From: Bugula neritina | Lineage: Eukaryota; Animalia; Bryozoa | DNA length: 64,000 nucleotides | Reading direction: 5' to 3' | Assembly: GCA_964035545.1 (NCBI GenBank) | Contig: OZ037771.1 | Coordinates: 6,543,190-6,607,189, forward strand | Part shown: piece by piece, positions 52,062 through 64,000 of the stretch | Numbering within the stretch: the stretch's first letter is position 1 | Layout: each line of letters opens with the position of its first letter | Program-made: the position numbers and the translations under genes | Notes under the pieces: generated by a model | The model's input: only the letters and a program-made list of their open reading frames with translations | Database searches by the model: none | Told to the model about the DNA's origin: nothing

Positions 52062-55000
52062 TCGAATAGTCTGAGTGATGGGTGCTGTAGTCTGAGGACG
52101 TCAATTGCCCCACGCAATTCAACTGTTGAATAGTTATACTTACTACTTTTACTTGTATATTTATGCAATCTTAGAGCTCATGTGTATTCATTTCCTCATT
52201 GCACTGAGGATCTATATTTTTTGTTTGCCTGTAATTATGTCGTGATGCTATTTCACTCATCTCAATTCATTTTATTAGAAAGGAGGCACTCTTGTATATA
52301 ATTAGTAGCTTTTCAATTTTAGCTGTGATTTTTCTTTTATTTCAGATCCTTTCATTTTAATTGGGTCGACCTAACTCACGGTTGGCTTTATTTCCATCAG
52401 CTGTTGGTTATTAACTTTTACTTTTACTAATTTCACTTTTTAATTCATTTATTTATCTCCGCATTGTTGTTTTTTATCTTATTTTATTTTGAATCATGTT
52501 GGCTGCTTTTCATCGGCTATCTAGTCATGTATTCCTCATGTGCTTGTAAGCATGCATTGATTTGTTTAGAATAAATCGCTTACAAATTGAATGCAATATT
52601 ATATATAAATATAGTTACATAATTTAAATTGCGGACAGATGGTGGAGTATCATATAGTCTGGAATGAGCTTTTAGTAAGTTCAGTATTCCTCTGCTGGGC
52701 TAACCTGCTAAAGTAGTAACACGGGCTAAGTTAGAAAATGCTGCTCAAACAAAACTAATGCAGTGTTACTCAAGTGAACTTGAACACTGTTCCTTGCTGC
52801 TTATCAGATTTCTTTTGTACAATGAGAAACCAACCATAAGTAAAATAAGATTTTCCAACAAAATATTAGCAAAAATAGTGAGACATTATTCATGCCTTTC
52901 AAATTTGTGTATGCTGCTCTCACTTGTTGAATATTTCTTGTGTAATGAAAAGTTACAGTCAGAAGATGTGATTGGCTGACATATTCTGAGAATCTAATGG
53001 TCTTGACCTTTCACCAATAGATATTTCAATTACTAAAATATTCCACTGAATTCAAATCAATACACAAACAACTGAGATATGTCAGCTAATTAGTAATTAC
53101 TACAGCACAGGGTGTAGTTGTAGGATAATGGTTTCACTCTATTTAATAGCATTTGTGTGCCAAGCAAATTATTGTACACTGCAGATTTTTACGTTTATAA
53201 TAATTTGATATTTCTAATGCCTAATGTTAACAAAAGTTGTAAAGAAATAATTTTAGCACTCCACACCATATGCAGTATGGGTTTAATTCATAATTAAGGT
53301 TGGTTTATTAGCACTTGTTCTAGCAGAATTTTGTAGCATGAGGTGTTCTTTGTAAAATCAAACAAATGGAACCTAAACCTAAAGTTATAAATTTGTAATG
53401 AAGGAATAAATACTGAAGGAATAAAATATGCTGTGGGAATAAATACTAGGAAAGTTCAGTGGCCAAGTCTCAGTTTTGGATTCAATAGCTTCCAGGGGTT
53501 ACCACAAGTCACTGCTTGATAATACTTATTAGTTTTCCAGACAGTCTAATCAATGGTGAAAACCCTTCGAGCCAACTGCCACCCTTTCTATTGTAGGCTA
53601 CTACACTACAAGAATGCAGTTGTACATTGTAGACTATATGTTGTACGCAGCCAACGGGGTTAAATAGAATTAATCGTTCACTAATTAAATAATTATTTTA
53701 TACTTTGTAATTATTTAATTGAAAATAAGAAGCCTGTTTAGCATATAAACTTTCATCGCACTTACATAACGTACAATAATCCTAAATTTATCCACACGGC
53801 AACTTTTTATTATCAAACGCAAATACAAAATTGTTTCAAATGAAAAGATTAAGTAACACATAAAACATACATTGTGTTGAATAGTGAGAGGCTTACATAG
53901 TATTCGTTTGTGAAAACAATTGGGTGCAAGACTGCTCAGTCATCTGAAAGAGTTGTATAGTTACAAGAAATAACGGCAGCCATTGTTTAGTGTTGCTTCA
54001 CCAAACAGAGAAGAGGGCTGCACCGAGCTTTTGGTAGCACTTACTTCTATAGCTTTACCTGCGGCATACTAGGGTAAGTTTAGAGATAGTCTGAATAAAA
54101 TATTCAACAGGTAAATTTCAAAATGTCATACAGCTGAAATATTAGGGTAAAACAGCTGCTAATGTTTTGTAATAAAAGGGTTATGTAGTAACTTAAACGC
54201 TAAACTTTTAGTTTCAACTTATAATTATTTCAATACAACTTTACTTAATTAAGTAGACTAAATGGTGAATAGATTGTACAGTTATATAAAAAAACAATAT
54301 AAAAAAAGAATACAATGAATCGGCAAATTGCAACTATTGTATACCCAAATACTATAGTCTCAGCAATATTTTAGTATTGTGCTCTAATTCGTAGCATAAT
54401 TTTTTTTTAAATACTACTAGAATTATATTATATGAAAACATTTCTAACACGCAGCTCTAGTTTTCTTTTAGTAACAAAAACGTTTAAACTCTGCAATTCG
54501 AAAAATAACTAGAAATAAAAAACAGTCTGCCTTCATACAGCTTGAGGTACATAAATCTACCTGCTAGATTTACTGTGGAAGTTAAACAAACACAAGCTTT
54601 ATATTAGTATTCACCATCATGTTTATTTCCTATGTATGCATATTATAACTATTATGTAATTATTTTATAGTATTTTATTCCCTGTTGTAAACCCTTTACT
54701 TCAGTTTTTTTGAACTTATTTAAAAGAAACTTAATCAAAGTTTTAGTTTATCTTACATAGTTATCAAAACCCTAAAACCAATCTGCATGTTTATTAACAA
54801 TTATGTATTTTATACTTTTGTATGAATTTTAAAATATTTTGTCAAAATAATATCAACCTTTTTCTTAAACAAATATCATTTGTATATTATCTTGTTTTCG
54901 TATGACAGCTGCATACAATATAACTGACTAAAAAGCTTGTCAAACTGATAAGCAATTTTATTAAACAAGGATGAACTGTTTGACATGGGGTCTAACAAGA

Positions 55001-55086
55001 TCTGTTGGTGTGAATTGTGTCACATGTTACCCATATATAATATTTAATATTTCACTAGATTGCGTGACTCACTACAAGAAGGCAGG

Positions 55087-58000
55087 ATGGTTTATGAGTA
55101 TACAAAGCCTCGTGGCCCAGTTGCTGCTATGTACTCAAGTCCTGGGCCGTGCTACGCGCTGCCCTCACTTATCGGTCCAGCAGGTTTGGATCCAAGGAGC
55201 ACCCAGGAGAAAGCTCCAGCCTATCAGTTTGGAGTAAAGTAAGTTCTTCACTGAAGTGCACGAGATGGAGGTCTGTTAATGGGTTGATGGGTTTAAAGTG
55301 TCTGTGAGAAAGTTAGTCAGTTTATACATGTCAACTAGCAAAGTGATTGCAACGCTAACCCATCTTTATATCTTATAGTATAGCCTTTTGATAAATATGG
55401 CAAAGTTTTCCAGATCTAAAATGGCCTCAAGTTTTAGAACAAAAAATGCTTTACAGTTTTTTCTTTTTTGGTTTAGTACCATATATTACAGTCTTTCTCA
55501 ACACTATAACAGATAGCTGGTGGATATTTCTATTGTGCTTCAGTACGAATAATAGACATGTGATAGTTTCAAATCACTTTGGACAGATCAGTTGGAAAAA
55601 CTGGACTCCAAGCTTAATATTATACAATACTTGACTCTATTAACCTTAAACTTGACTATTTACATTACAAATTAATGGAGAATAAATGTTTAGTAAATAA
55701 ACTAATTCAGAGAATATGAGGGAAAAAATTCTTCATCTTGCTATAACTAAGTTTAAGATATTGTACTTCGAAAGTGATTGTAATTATGATCGTGCAAAGT
55801 CTATAATGTACACTCCGTTTTGATAGGGGGGGGGGGTCATGGAAAATGTGCAACATGCTGTAAAGATACGGCTAGTTGTGCTGTGTTTGATCACAATCAT
55901 TTTTCAAATGAATTTAATTGGCTAAACAATTGCTTTTTGTGTATGGCATCGTATTCAACTGTTTTCTTTGTCTCAACTTGGGTGTTTGTATAGAAATGTA
56001 TAAATACAAATAAATGGATATGGAATAACATACTCATGAAATAGTCAAACAAATGAAGTATGTATTTAATATTGGTTGATCAAAGGTAAAGTAATTATGC
56101 TGTTCCTTGCTTGTAATGGCAAAACCAATCTCTACAGGGGTTACAGCGCAGACCTTTTAATAAACACAAGTAAAGTTTGTTCGTTGGAATTATTGGAATA
56201 TATGACTCAACATTTACAATGTGTGCTTGTGTGCGTGCGTGTAGCTTTATTTGTAGTATATTATGTAGTATATAGCTTAATTCTAATATTTATATTGTGA
56301 ATACAGTAGAAACAAGTCCTTAGCCGCCATTGAACTATAGTTTCAGTTCAATGTCCTTAGCCCACTGAAAAAGTCCCTTACCACCAGAGGGGAAGGGGGG
56401 GGGGGGGGGGTTCTCACAGAAATAAAGACTGTAAAAACAAACATGAGTTGCTCTTTATACTGTGAATGGAAATTCTGTTGAGAGTGCCACTATTTTATAG
56501 ACATAGAGAGTACTCTACCGACAACAGCCCTGGGCCAGTCTACTCCCTGCCCCCTCTCAACAAGTCACACAAGAATGCTCCTCCTGTCTGGTCTCTTGCC
56601 TCCAGACAGTTCCCTCCATCAGAAGCTAAGTGAGTACCAATCAAATCTCTGCATCTCGTAGTTTCCTGTTTTATCCCATAGGTCATCTTATAATACTGAC
56701 CTTTAACCTTCACAATAAATGTGACTTATTTCTCCAAGGTTGAATAGAAAACAGCTGAACATAGGCGCATAAAAAAGAGTTTTAATAAATAAGGAAAAGG
56801 TCCTATAATCTAAAGATTATATTTCATAATTATTGTATATCTGATATTAATATTTTCATTATTATTGTATGTAGTCTTTTGTGATATATTTAATATTATA
56901 TTACAAAAGACAACTCCCAAGATTTTAGTAAAATATGTCTTGTAAGTTTTTTCATCTTAGTGCAGCCTATGGCGCTTTTTTTCACGTTTGTACTGCAATT
57001 GAGTACAATGCATATTCTTACACACACACATACATGCATATACATACATATATATACATGCATGCCCACATATACTACATACATGCACACCTATAATACA
57101 TTCATGGACACATATAATACGTACATGGACACCTATAATACATTCATGGACACATATATAATACATACATTGACACACCTATACTACATTCATGCACACC
57201 TATAACACATACATGCACACCTATAATACATCCATGGACACATATAATACATACATGAACACGTATACATGCCACAGGTTGAATGTTCCTGGGCCGGGAG
57301 CCTATGATCTGAGAAGCTCCGTCAAGCATTCCAGTGAGACTGCTCCTGCTTACACATTTGGTCTGAGGGCTAAAGGAAGGAAAAGTGACACGGCACCCGC
57401 ACCAAACAACTACAGCTTGCCCCAGATTGTGGGCCACAAACATGTAACCAAGTCGTCTGCACCCCAGTATACCATGACTGGGAGAAGCAGAATTGGGGGA
57501 TTCGATGAAGACCTGAAAAAGGTGATAACTTAATACTTACAGTTTCGGCAGCAAACAGTAATTTGTTGTTACAATTTATACACAAAAGATTTATTTAGTG
57601 GTAAATTTGTTCAAATTTTAGAAGTGTTGCTAAAGTTTTCATACAGATTCACAATTCTGAAGATAAATACATGGTAAAACAGCTTTCCGAGTTGCATATG
57701 TGGGTACAGGTAAAGTGTTAGTGTTGAATTGGTTTGCCATTGGTTGATTTGCTTTAGACCCCAGGCCCATGTGCCTACAACCTGAGTGAATCCACAAACT
57801 CTTTCAAGACGAAGGCCCCCATCTACAGCATCACAAGTAGAACATATATGCCTGAGGATGCTACTGTAAAGCCAGGACCTGGTGCCCATTCACTGGACAG
57901 TGTAAGTATGGCTTTATAGCATATACTGCAGGTACTTTATTACATGTACTGCAGGTACTTTATTACATGTACTGTAGGTACTTTATTACATGTACTGCAG

Positions 58001-58443
58001 GTATTACATTATATGTACTGCAGGTACTTTATTATATGTAATGCAGGTATTATATTATATGTACTGCAGGTACTATATTATATGTACTGCAGGTACTTTA
58101 TTACATGTACTGCAGGTACTTAATTACATGTACTGCAGGTATTACATTATATGTACTGCAGGTATTATATTATATGTACTGCAGGTACTTTATAACATGT
58201 ACCACAGGTGCTTTATTGCATGTACTGCAGGTAAGTTATAGCATGTACTGCAGGTACTTTTGCTACATATATTTCAATATTTACAATCTTATTAGCTCTA
58301 GCCTAAACTTCTGATAATGTCATATAATATTCAATTGAATGCAGGCCTTGAACTCTGTGACCAAGAAGCCTCCTGCATACAGCTTTGGACTTAGACATAG
58401 TCAATACACAGCACCAGTGGCAGACTTGTTGGAGGAGGAATAA
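55087..58443 (+). CDS. ODF3: ODF3/CIMAP1-family (SHIPPO-1 repeat) ciliary microtubule-associated protein, ~255 aa, 5 exons
   Basis: Exons 55087-55238, 56501-56629, 57278-57521, 57758-57901, 58345-58443 in phase. PRGPVAAMYSSPGP N-terminus, repeated (S/T/V)PGPxxY and PAYSFG motifs, C-terminal YSFGLRHSQY. Confidence 0.9.
57050..57270. repeat. 21-bp minisatellite (CATGGACACATATAATACATA-like)
   Basis: Tandem units ending just before the acceptor at 57277. Confidence 0.85.
57925..58270. repeat. 23-bp minisatellite (TACTGCAGGTACTTTATTACATG)
   Basis: About 15 units in the last ODF3 intron. Confidence 0.92.
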
Positions 58444-59264
58444 ACAACCCGTTCCTTCTCTTATTCTGTTAAAACTCAGGCTCAACTTACACAAATACAG
58501 CTTTAGAGAAATTTGCATAAAGAATTTTATTTGAGCAATTAAATTCAATTGTTTCTCTAGGATATAACTCTATTACATAATGTTAGTTGTGAAAAACAGT
58601 TGTCCACCCACTACATTGATGGTAATGGTAAGCTGTAGACATGAGGGTGTCAACATGATCTACATGTATAAGATATTGACTCAACCATTTTATAGCAATT
58701 CTTAGAAAAAGTCTCGCTCAATTTTTTATATATTTTCTGAATGCATCATACAAATATTTTTTTGGAATTTTTATGTGGGTTGTTTTACTGGAAATGTTTG
58801 GTTTCTAGTTTCTGTTTCATTCTTTGATATTTTGTAAAGTTTAGTATTTGAGATGTTTTGTGCAGTGGAATCTATGTTTTTAAAATTTCTATTAGTTATC
58901 CTAATGAAATGTTTTGATAGCAAAAAATTGTGTTTTTGTTAGTTGGTTAAATATATTTATAATAAAATATTATATAATGAACAGTAATGTAAAAAGGGAA
59001 TATATAAAGCATATAATGTAGGTTCACAAATAGCTTGCAACTGATTGAGGCCAGGAGTTGTCACCTCCAGGCTAACACTGAATATTATATTATGTGGAAT
59101 ATCTTTTGGTTACCATAGAAACAACTACGTAGCGGAGTGAGGGAGCAAACGCAAATAATTTGAGCACAATTAGCAAAAGTGAAAATTAAAACAGCATTAT
59201 TCCAAAACCTTGAACAATATTATGACTAAACATATGACTGCTTTAACCACTAGAAGCATAAACA

Positions 59265-59475
59265 TGGTATAGTATAGTGTAGTGTAGTATAGTGTGGTGT
59301 GGTGTGGTGTAGTGTAGTATGGTATGGTATAGTGTAGTATAGTATAGTATAGTATAGTATAGTATGGTATGGTATAGTGTAGTATAGTATGGTATGGTAT
59401 AGTATGGTATAGTATGGTATAGTATGGTATAGTGTAGTATAGTATAGTATAGTATAGTGTAGTATAGTATAGTAT
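59265..59475. repeat. Pentanucleotide (TAGTA/TGGTA/TAGTG)n microsatellite
   Basis: Directly visible. Confidence 0.92.
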
Positions 59476-59553
59476 AAAATGCTAGACTTCTAATAATAGA
59501 AGTCCCAAAATGAAGATTCGACAGTAAAAACTCTGTCTAGCACCAGAATCACT

Positions 59554-62500
59554 CTATGAATTTTTGTTGGACATTTTCATCAACACCGTCTTCATTTCAC
59601 AATACTCCTTCATTGCATCTTCACCTCTATAAGAAAACAACCATATTTGATACATCAAATATTGAAAACAAATTAATAAAATGTCTGTTTAAAACCAGTT
59701 GGGCACTGAATTAAAAAGCAATACCGCAGAGAATAAACAAGCTGTTAGGTGAAAACATATCGGTTGCTATGAATATTGTGTGGAAAGAGGTGAATAAATC
59801 AATAACCTATTTTAGAACTAATATGAGCAGTGTCTCCTGTTAGATGCATTGTCTACTGAAACAGAGTATTTCAAACACTTGTGACTTACAGTATCCCAAG
59901 GCATTATTCAATGGTTTGCTAAAGTAGAGCACTACAAGGTTACACCACGCAACAGCAGGGGATATAACTGATTACTTACAATTCTTTCCCATATCCAGAA
60001 CCTTTGAAGCCACCAAAAGGTGTTTGAGTAGTCATGATGTCTGCACAGTTGACCCTGAAACACACAAAGTAAGTCAATGTGACTGACATTAGTCCAGGAA
60101 CTGCTGCAGCCAGCCCGATCAGCCAGCCAGCCCGATCAGCCAGCCAGCCCGATCAGCCAGCCAGCCAGCCCGATCAGCCAGCCAGCCAGCCAGCCATACA
60201 ATTGAATGTATATATAAAAACTCGCGCAAGTTTATAGTCACCGTTCCTGTGAGAAACCCTAATGGAAAGGGTTTTAAAAGTGGGCTAAGGACTTATTCAT
60301 ATGTGACACAGGAGCAATTATGACTGGATACTCTTCCTAACATCACCAATGGCTTTTACTGAGTACCGAACCCATGGCCACAGCTGCTCCTTATATTAGT
60401 GAATTTATAACATTCCGATCATCAAAACTTTCAACTGGGTGACTGAGAAGACAACTTCCTTATATAATGTTCATTTCAAACTTAGAGTTATCTAACCCTG
60501 TATAACATAATGCAGTACATGGGGGGGGGGGGGGTATGAAGCTCACCATGTAATGCCACCCTTTAGGTTATGAGATAAATACATGGCCTTGTCAACGTCC
60601 TTAGTGAAACAAGCAGCGGCCAGGCCATACTCGGTGTCATTACAACGGTCAAGGACATCTTCAATGTCAGTAAACTTTAGGATACTCTGCACGGGTCCAA
60701 AGATCTGTAGAAATCAAGGAGCATTTATAAACACACATTTCTAGAATAAGCTGCTGTAGATACAGCTATGTAAGTGTCTAGTAATAGAGACAGAAAGTTG
60801 AGCTGCTTAAGGAGTGACCTCTAACCAACACAACAGTATCATAGACATAGAACTCTCATAGATATAGAAGACATAGATATATAGAGTCATTATAGCCATA
60901 GCGTTTTTATAGATACAAATTTTCTGGAAAAAGTGACACAACTCTACATAAATATATGCCATTTATGAAAATTCCAGTGTACAGGTATACTCTAATAGAG
61001 TATATGTGAATAACCAACCAGGTGAAAGTATATTACCAGGTGAGAGTATAATACCAGGCGAGAGTGTATTACCAGGTGAGAGCATATTACCAAGTGAGAG
61101 TGTATTACTAGGCGAGTGTATTACCAGGTGAGTGTATTACCAGATGAGAGTACACTGTAGTAATGTATTAGTATCACCTCTTCCTTAGCAATAGTCATAT
61201 CATCAGTGACATTAGAAAAGACGGTGGGTTGTATGAACCAGCCTTTATCACCAATCCTCTCCCCACCACACTCTAACTTAGCACCTTCTCTTTTCCCCGA
61301 CTCTATGTAACCTAGAATCTTATTCATCTGCACTTCACTGATCTGTAGAGAGTATTGAGAATTTATATATTCATATAAATCTAAAATTAAATGTTTTAAT
61401 TTACAGCTAATATAATTGCAATAAAATACATTAGCTGATATTAGATTAAATAGAAAATAGAGTCCTTACATCATAGATAGTATAATATATGCAACACAAT
61501 TAAATATAATGAGGGGTACGCACCACCGCCCCACTTTCACTATCCTCCTTCAATGGATCACCAATTACCCTGTTCTGGGCACAGGCTACAGCTTTGGCCA
61601 CATATTCATCGTAGACATCAGCATGCACGTAGTTACGGGAAATGCCGCAGCAGTTCTGTCCACAGTTTGTCATTATAGCAGAGTGGCAGTAGAGAGCGGC
61701 CTGGTCCACTGGAGACAGGAAGTAATAGATACATATGACAACAGCAACAGACTACAGGTGAGATAATGTTGTTGAAATGAAAGAATTGTCAGCAAAAGTT
61801 TTCTACATGGTAGCAGAAGAGTATTCAAATGCCAGAGTCTTTAATGAGAAAGTGAGCAGCTTAGTTAACGCCATTCAATAAACAAACTAGACTCTTCCTA
61901 CAAAACTTCAGTGAAAACATTGAAGAAACTTGTCCTATAAGGCAATTGTCTCCCCCATGAAACCTGATTACTTTTTATGACATCTAATTTGAACAAAACC
62001 TCATTACTTTGTAATTATTATTCCATGAGATATTAAATCTATTTAGAGCCCAAAATAAACTGATTACTTTCAGTTAATCTCGTATCATATGACATAATCC
62101 ATTTACTTCAAGTCTCTTTACTACTGGATATATTATGTAATACATGTCAACCACATTCAGGTTTTCAGTAAACTTCATACATTTGTTTGCAAAGCTTAGC
62201 TCTATGTTGTCAAGAGCCTCACTAATTCCTATTAGGTGGCTAACAAGTCATTAGAATAGAAAACCAGCAAATTCCTTTTACAGTGACAACTTGGTAGCCG
62301 CCATGTTGGGTTTTCTGCTATTTATCTATTTACTCCTGTCCTTCTCCACCAAACTAATACTTAATTTGATTCAGCAATGTCATGTATCGGCACCTCTTTC
62401 AACTGATAACACTGGCCACCTGTAGTCAGATGTAAGACAAAACAACTCCCAATAACTTACAGTCACAATCTGGAAGTATCACAGCGGGACTTTTCCCACC

Positions 62501-63997
62501 GAGTTCCATGGTCAGCTTAGCCAGGTTGTTAGCAGTCAGGGCTATGATCTTGCGGGCAGTCTGAAATATACCGGGTATAGATACAGATGTCACAGTACCT
62601 ACAGCTAAACCTATTTCAAATGGAACATCTTCACATCATATGTAAATGGGAAGACAACTATAGTAATTTGCAAACTGCATGAAATAAACACACAAAAACT
62701 GCTGCCAAGTTATTGAAAAGGTTGCAGGTTGATTATATGTCAAGAGAACTTGACTGAATAAGCAATTTTTCTAGACTGGATGAACTTGGAGATGGTATTT
62801 GGCATATAGACTTGGCATTCAAACAAATTTGTGTAACTGAATGACAGTGACTAGAACAAAGTAGCAAAATCGACCAATGCCACATCACCAACAGTGTAAT
62901 AACTAACAGTGTGAAATGGTATAATAGTAAACACTGCAATTAGTATTATAAAGTGCGCAAGTAGTCAGTTCTTCCAGACACCATAATGCAGTGCGGAAGA
63001 GCTCTGTTATCTCAACCACAGGTCAGTAGAAGAAACGATGAATAACCAAAGCAATGTGCCAAAACAACACTCAACCTAACAACTTACAGCAGTTGAGCCT
63101 GTGAATGCAATCTTTCTGACACCAGGATGAGACGCTAGAGTTGCCCCCGCAGTAGCTCCATACCCGGGGAGAACATTCAGCACCCCAGCTGGTAACTCCG
63201 CCTACAAACAAGTAGCTACTCTATAAACTGTACTACCACTTTAGTAGAACACATTCTAAAATACAACATAGCAAATCCTACAACACTATAGTACTTATAC
63301 TGATACCAGCTATACATGATGGTGTGACATGAAGACTCAAAAGGATGTGTATCTATGCTACAGTAACTTGATCACTTTGTTATAGTAAACAGTGGACATA
63401 GAATCATAGTATTATCAACACATGTTTTACTCACCTGCTGACTACACAGTACAATAATCACCTCAGATTTAAAAGTGTTTATTCTAAAACCCTTTATTAA
63501 CATCAGCTAAGTGTTGCAGCATTGCATCAGCACGCCAGTCAGATTAATGATTATGCATTGTATTATATTACTGATATGAGAGTATATATTACTAAGATGA
63601 GAGTATATATTACTAAGATGAGAGTATATATTCCTGAAGTGAGATGTAAAATTACACTTTTTGCCTAACCTCAAAAAATGCTTGGTCCAGTGTTCGAATT
63701 TAAAAATCGTTGAGTTTTTGGTGTCTAGTATGTCCTTGTAAATGGCACACAACTAACCTCATCACATGAAAGTGATAAAAATCGGGTAAAGAGAGATACA
63801 ACATGCCGCATAGCATTATATTAATAATATAAATAAAATGAAAATTCTACAGTAAAATACTGCCTGACCTCGCTGAAGATGGCTGCCATGTGAAGTGCTG
63901 TCAGGGGAGTTAACTCTGAGGGTTTGATGACACAAACGTTACCAGAGGCGAGGGCAGGCGCCACTTTCCAGGCAAACAGGGAGATGGGATAATTCCA
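59554..63997 (-). CDS. Aldehyde dehydrogenase, ALDH1/2-like; 3' eight exons (5' end beyond the window)
   Basis: Exons 63997-63869, 63201-63088, 62560-62461, 61708-61524, 61342-61178, 60704-60547, 60054-59980, 59626-59554. Motifs [21 protein letters not shown] (catalytic Glu), GQNCC (catalytic Cys), [25 protein letters not shown]. Confidence 0.93.
60108..60196. repeat. (CAGC)n/CCCGAT compound repeat in ALDH intron
   Basis: Directly visible. Confidence 0.85.
60221..60390 (-). mobile_element. tRNA-derived SINE copy with internal deletion in the tRNA head
   Basis: Body matches the other three copies; head jumps from GGAGCAGC to TGTGGCCATGGGTTCG. Confidence 0.7.
61012..61155. repeat. 18-bp minisatellite (TTACCAGGTGAGAGTGTA) in ALDH intron
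   Basis: About 8 units near the donor at 61177. Confidence 0.85.
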
Positions 63998-64000
63998 CTG

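Overview
AT-rich genomic DNA of an intron-rich animal, probably an invertebrate. Host genes, left to right: (1) a minus-strand PDGF/VEGF-family (PVF-like) growth-factor gene, recognisable only after splicing (exons ~6322/6244-6058, 4705-4437, 2568-2498); (2) a minus-strand Tctex1-domain dynein light chain (TCTEX1D1/DYNLT5-like, 31312-26911); (3) a 19-exon cramped/CRAMP1 gene (36623-52061); (4) an ODF3/CIMAP1 (SHIPPO-1 repeat) gene (55087-58443); (5) the 3' part of a minus-strand ALDH1/2-type aldehyde dehydrogenase (63997-59554). The most striking object is an apparently intact 9,289-bp ISL2EU-type (PIF/Harbinger-related) DNA transposon at 10841-20129. It has an AT target-site duplication and very long, apparently identical 1,068-bp terminal inverted repeats, each containing a nested inverted-repeat mini-element. 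Two spliced genes diverge from its centre: a THAP+DDE transposase and a SAP-SWIM-YqaJ (lambda-exonuclease-like) nuclease. The window also holds a solo LTR, a tRNA-derived SINE family and two short MITE families. Many introns carry their own private minisatellite starting at or near a splice site. All calls were made by eye; no searches were run.
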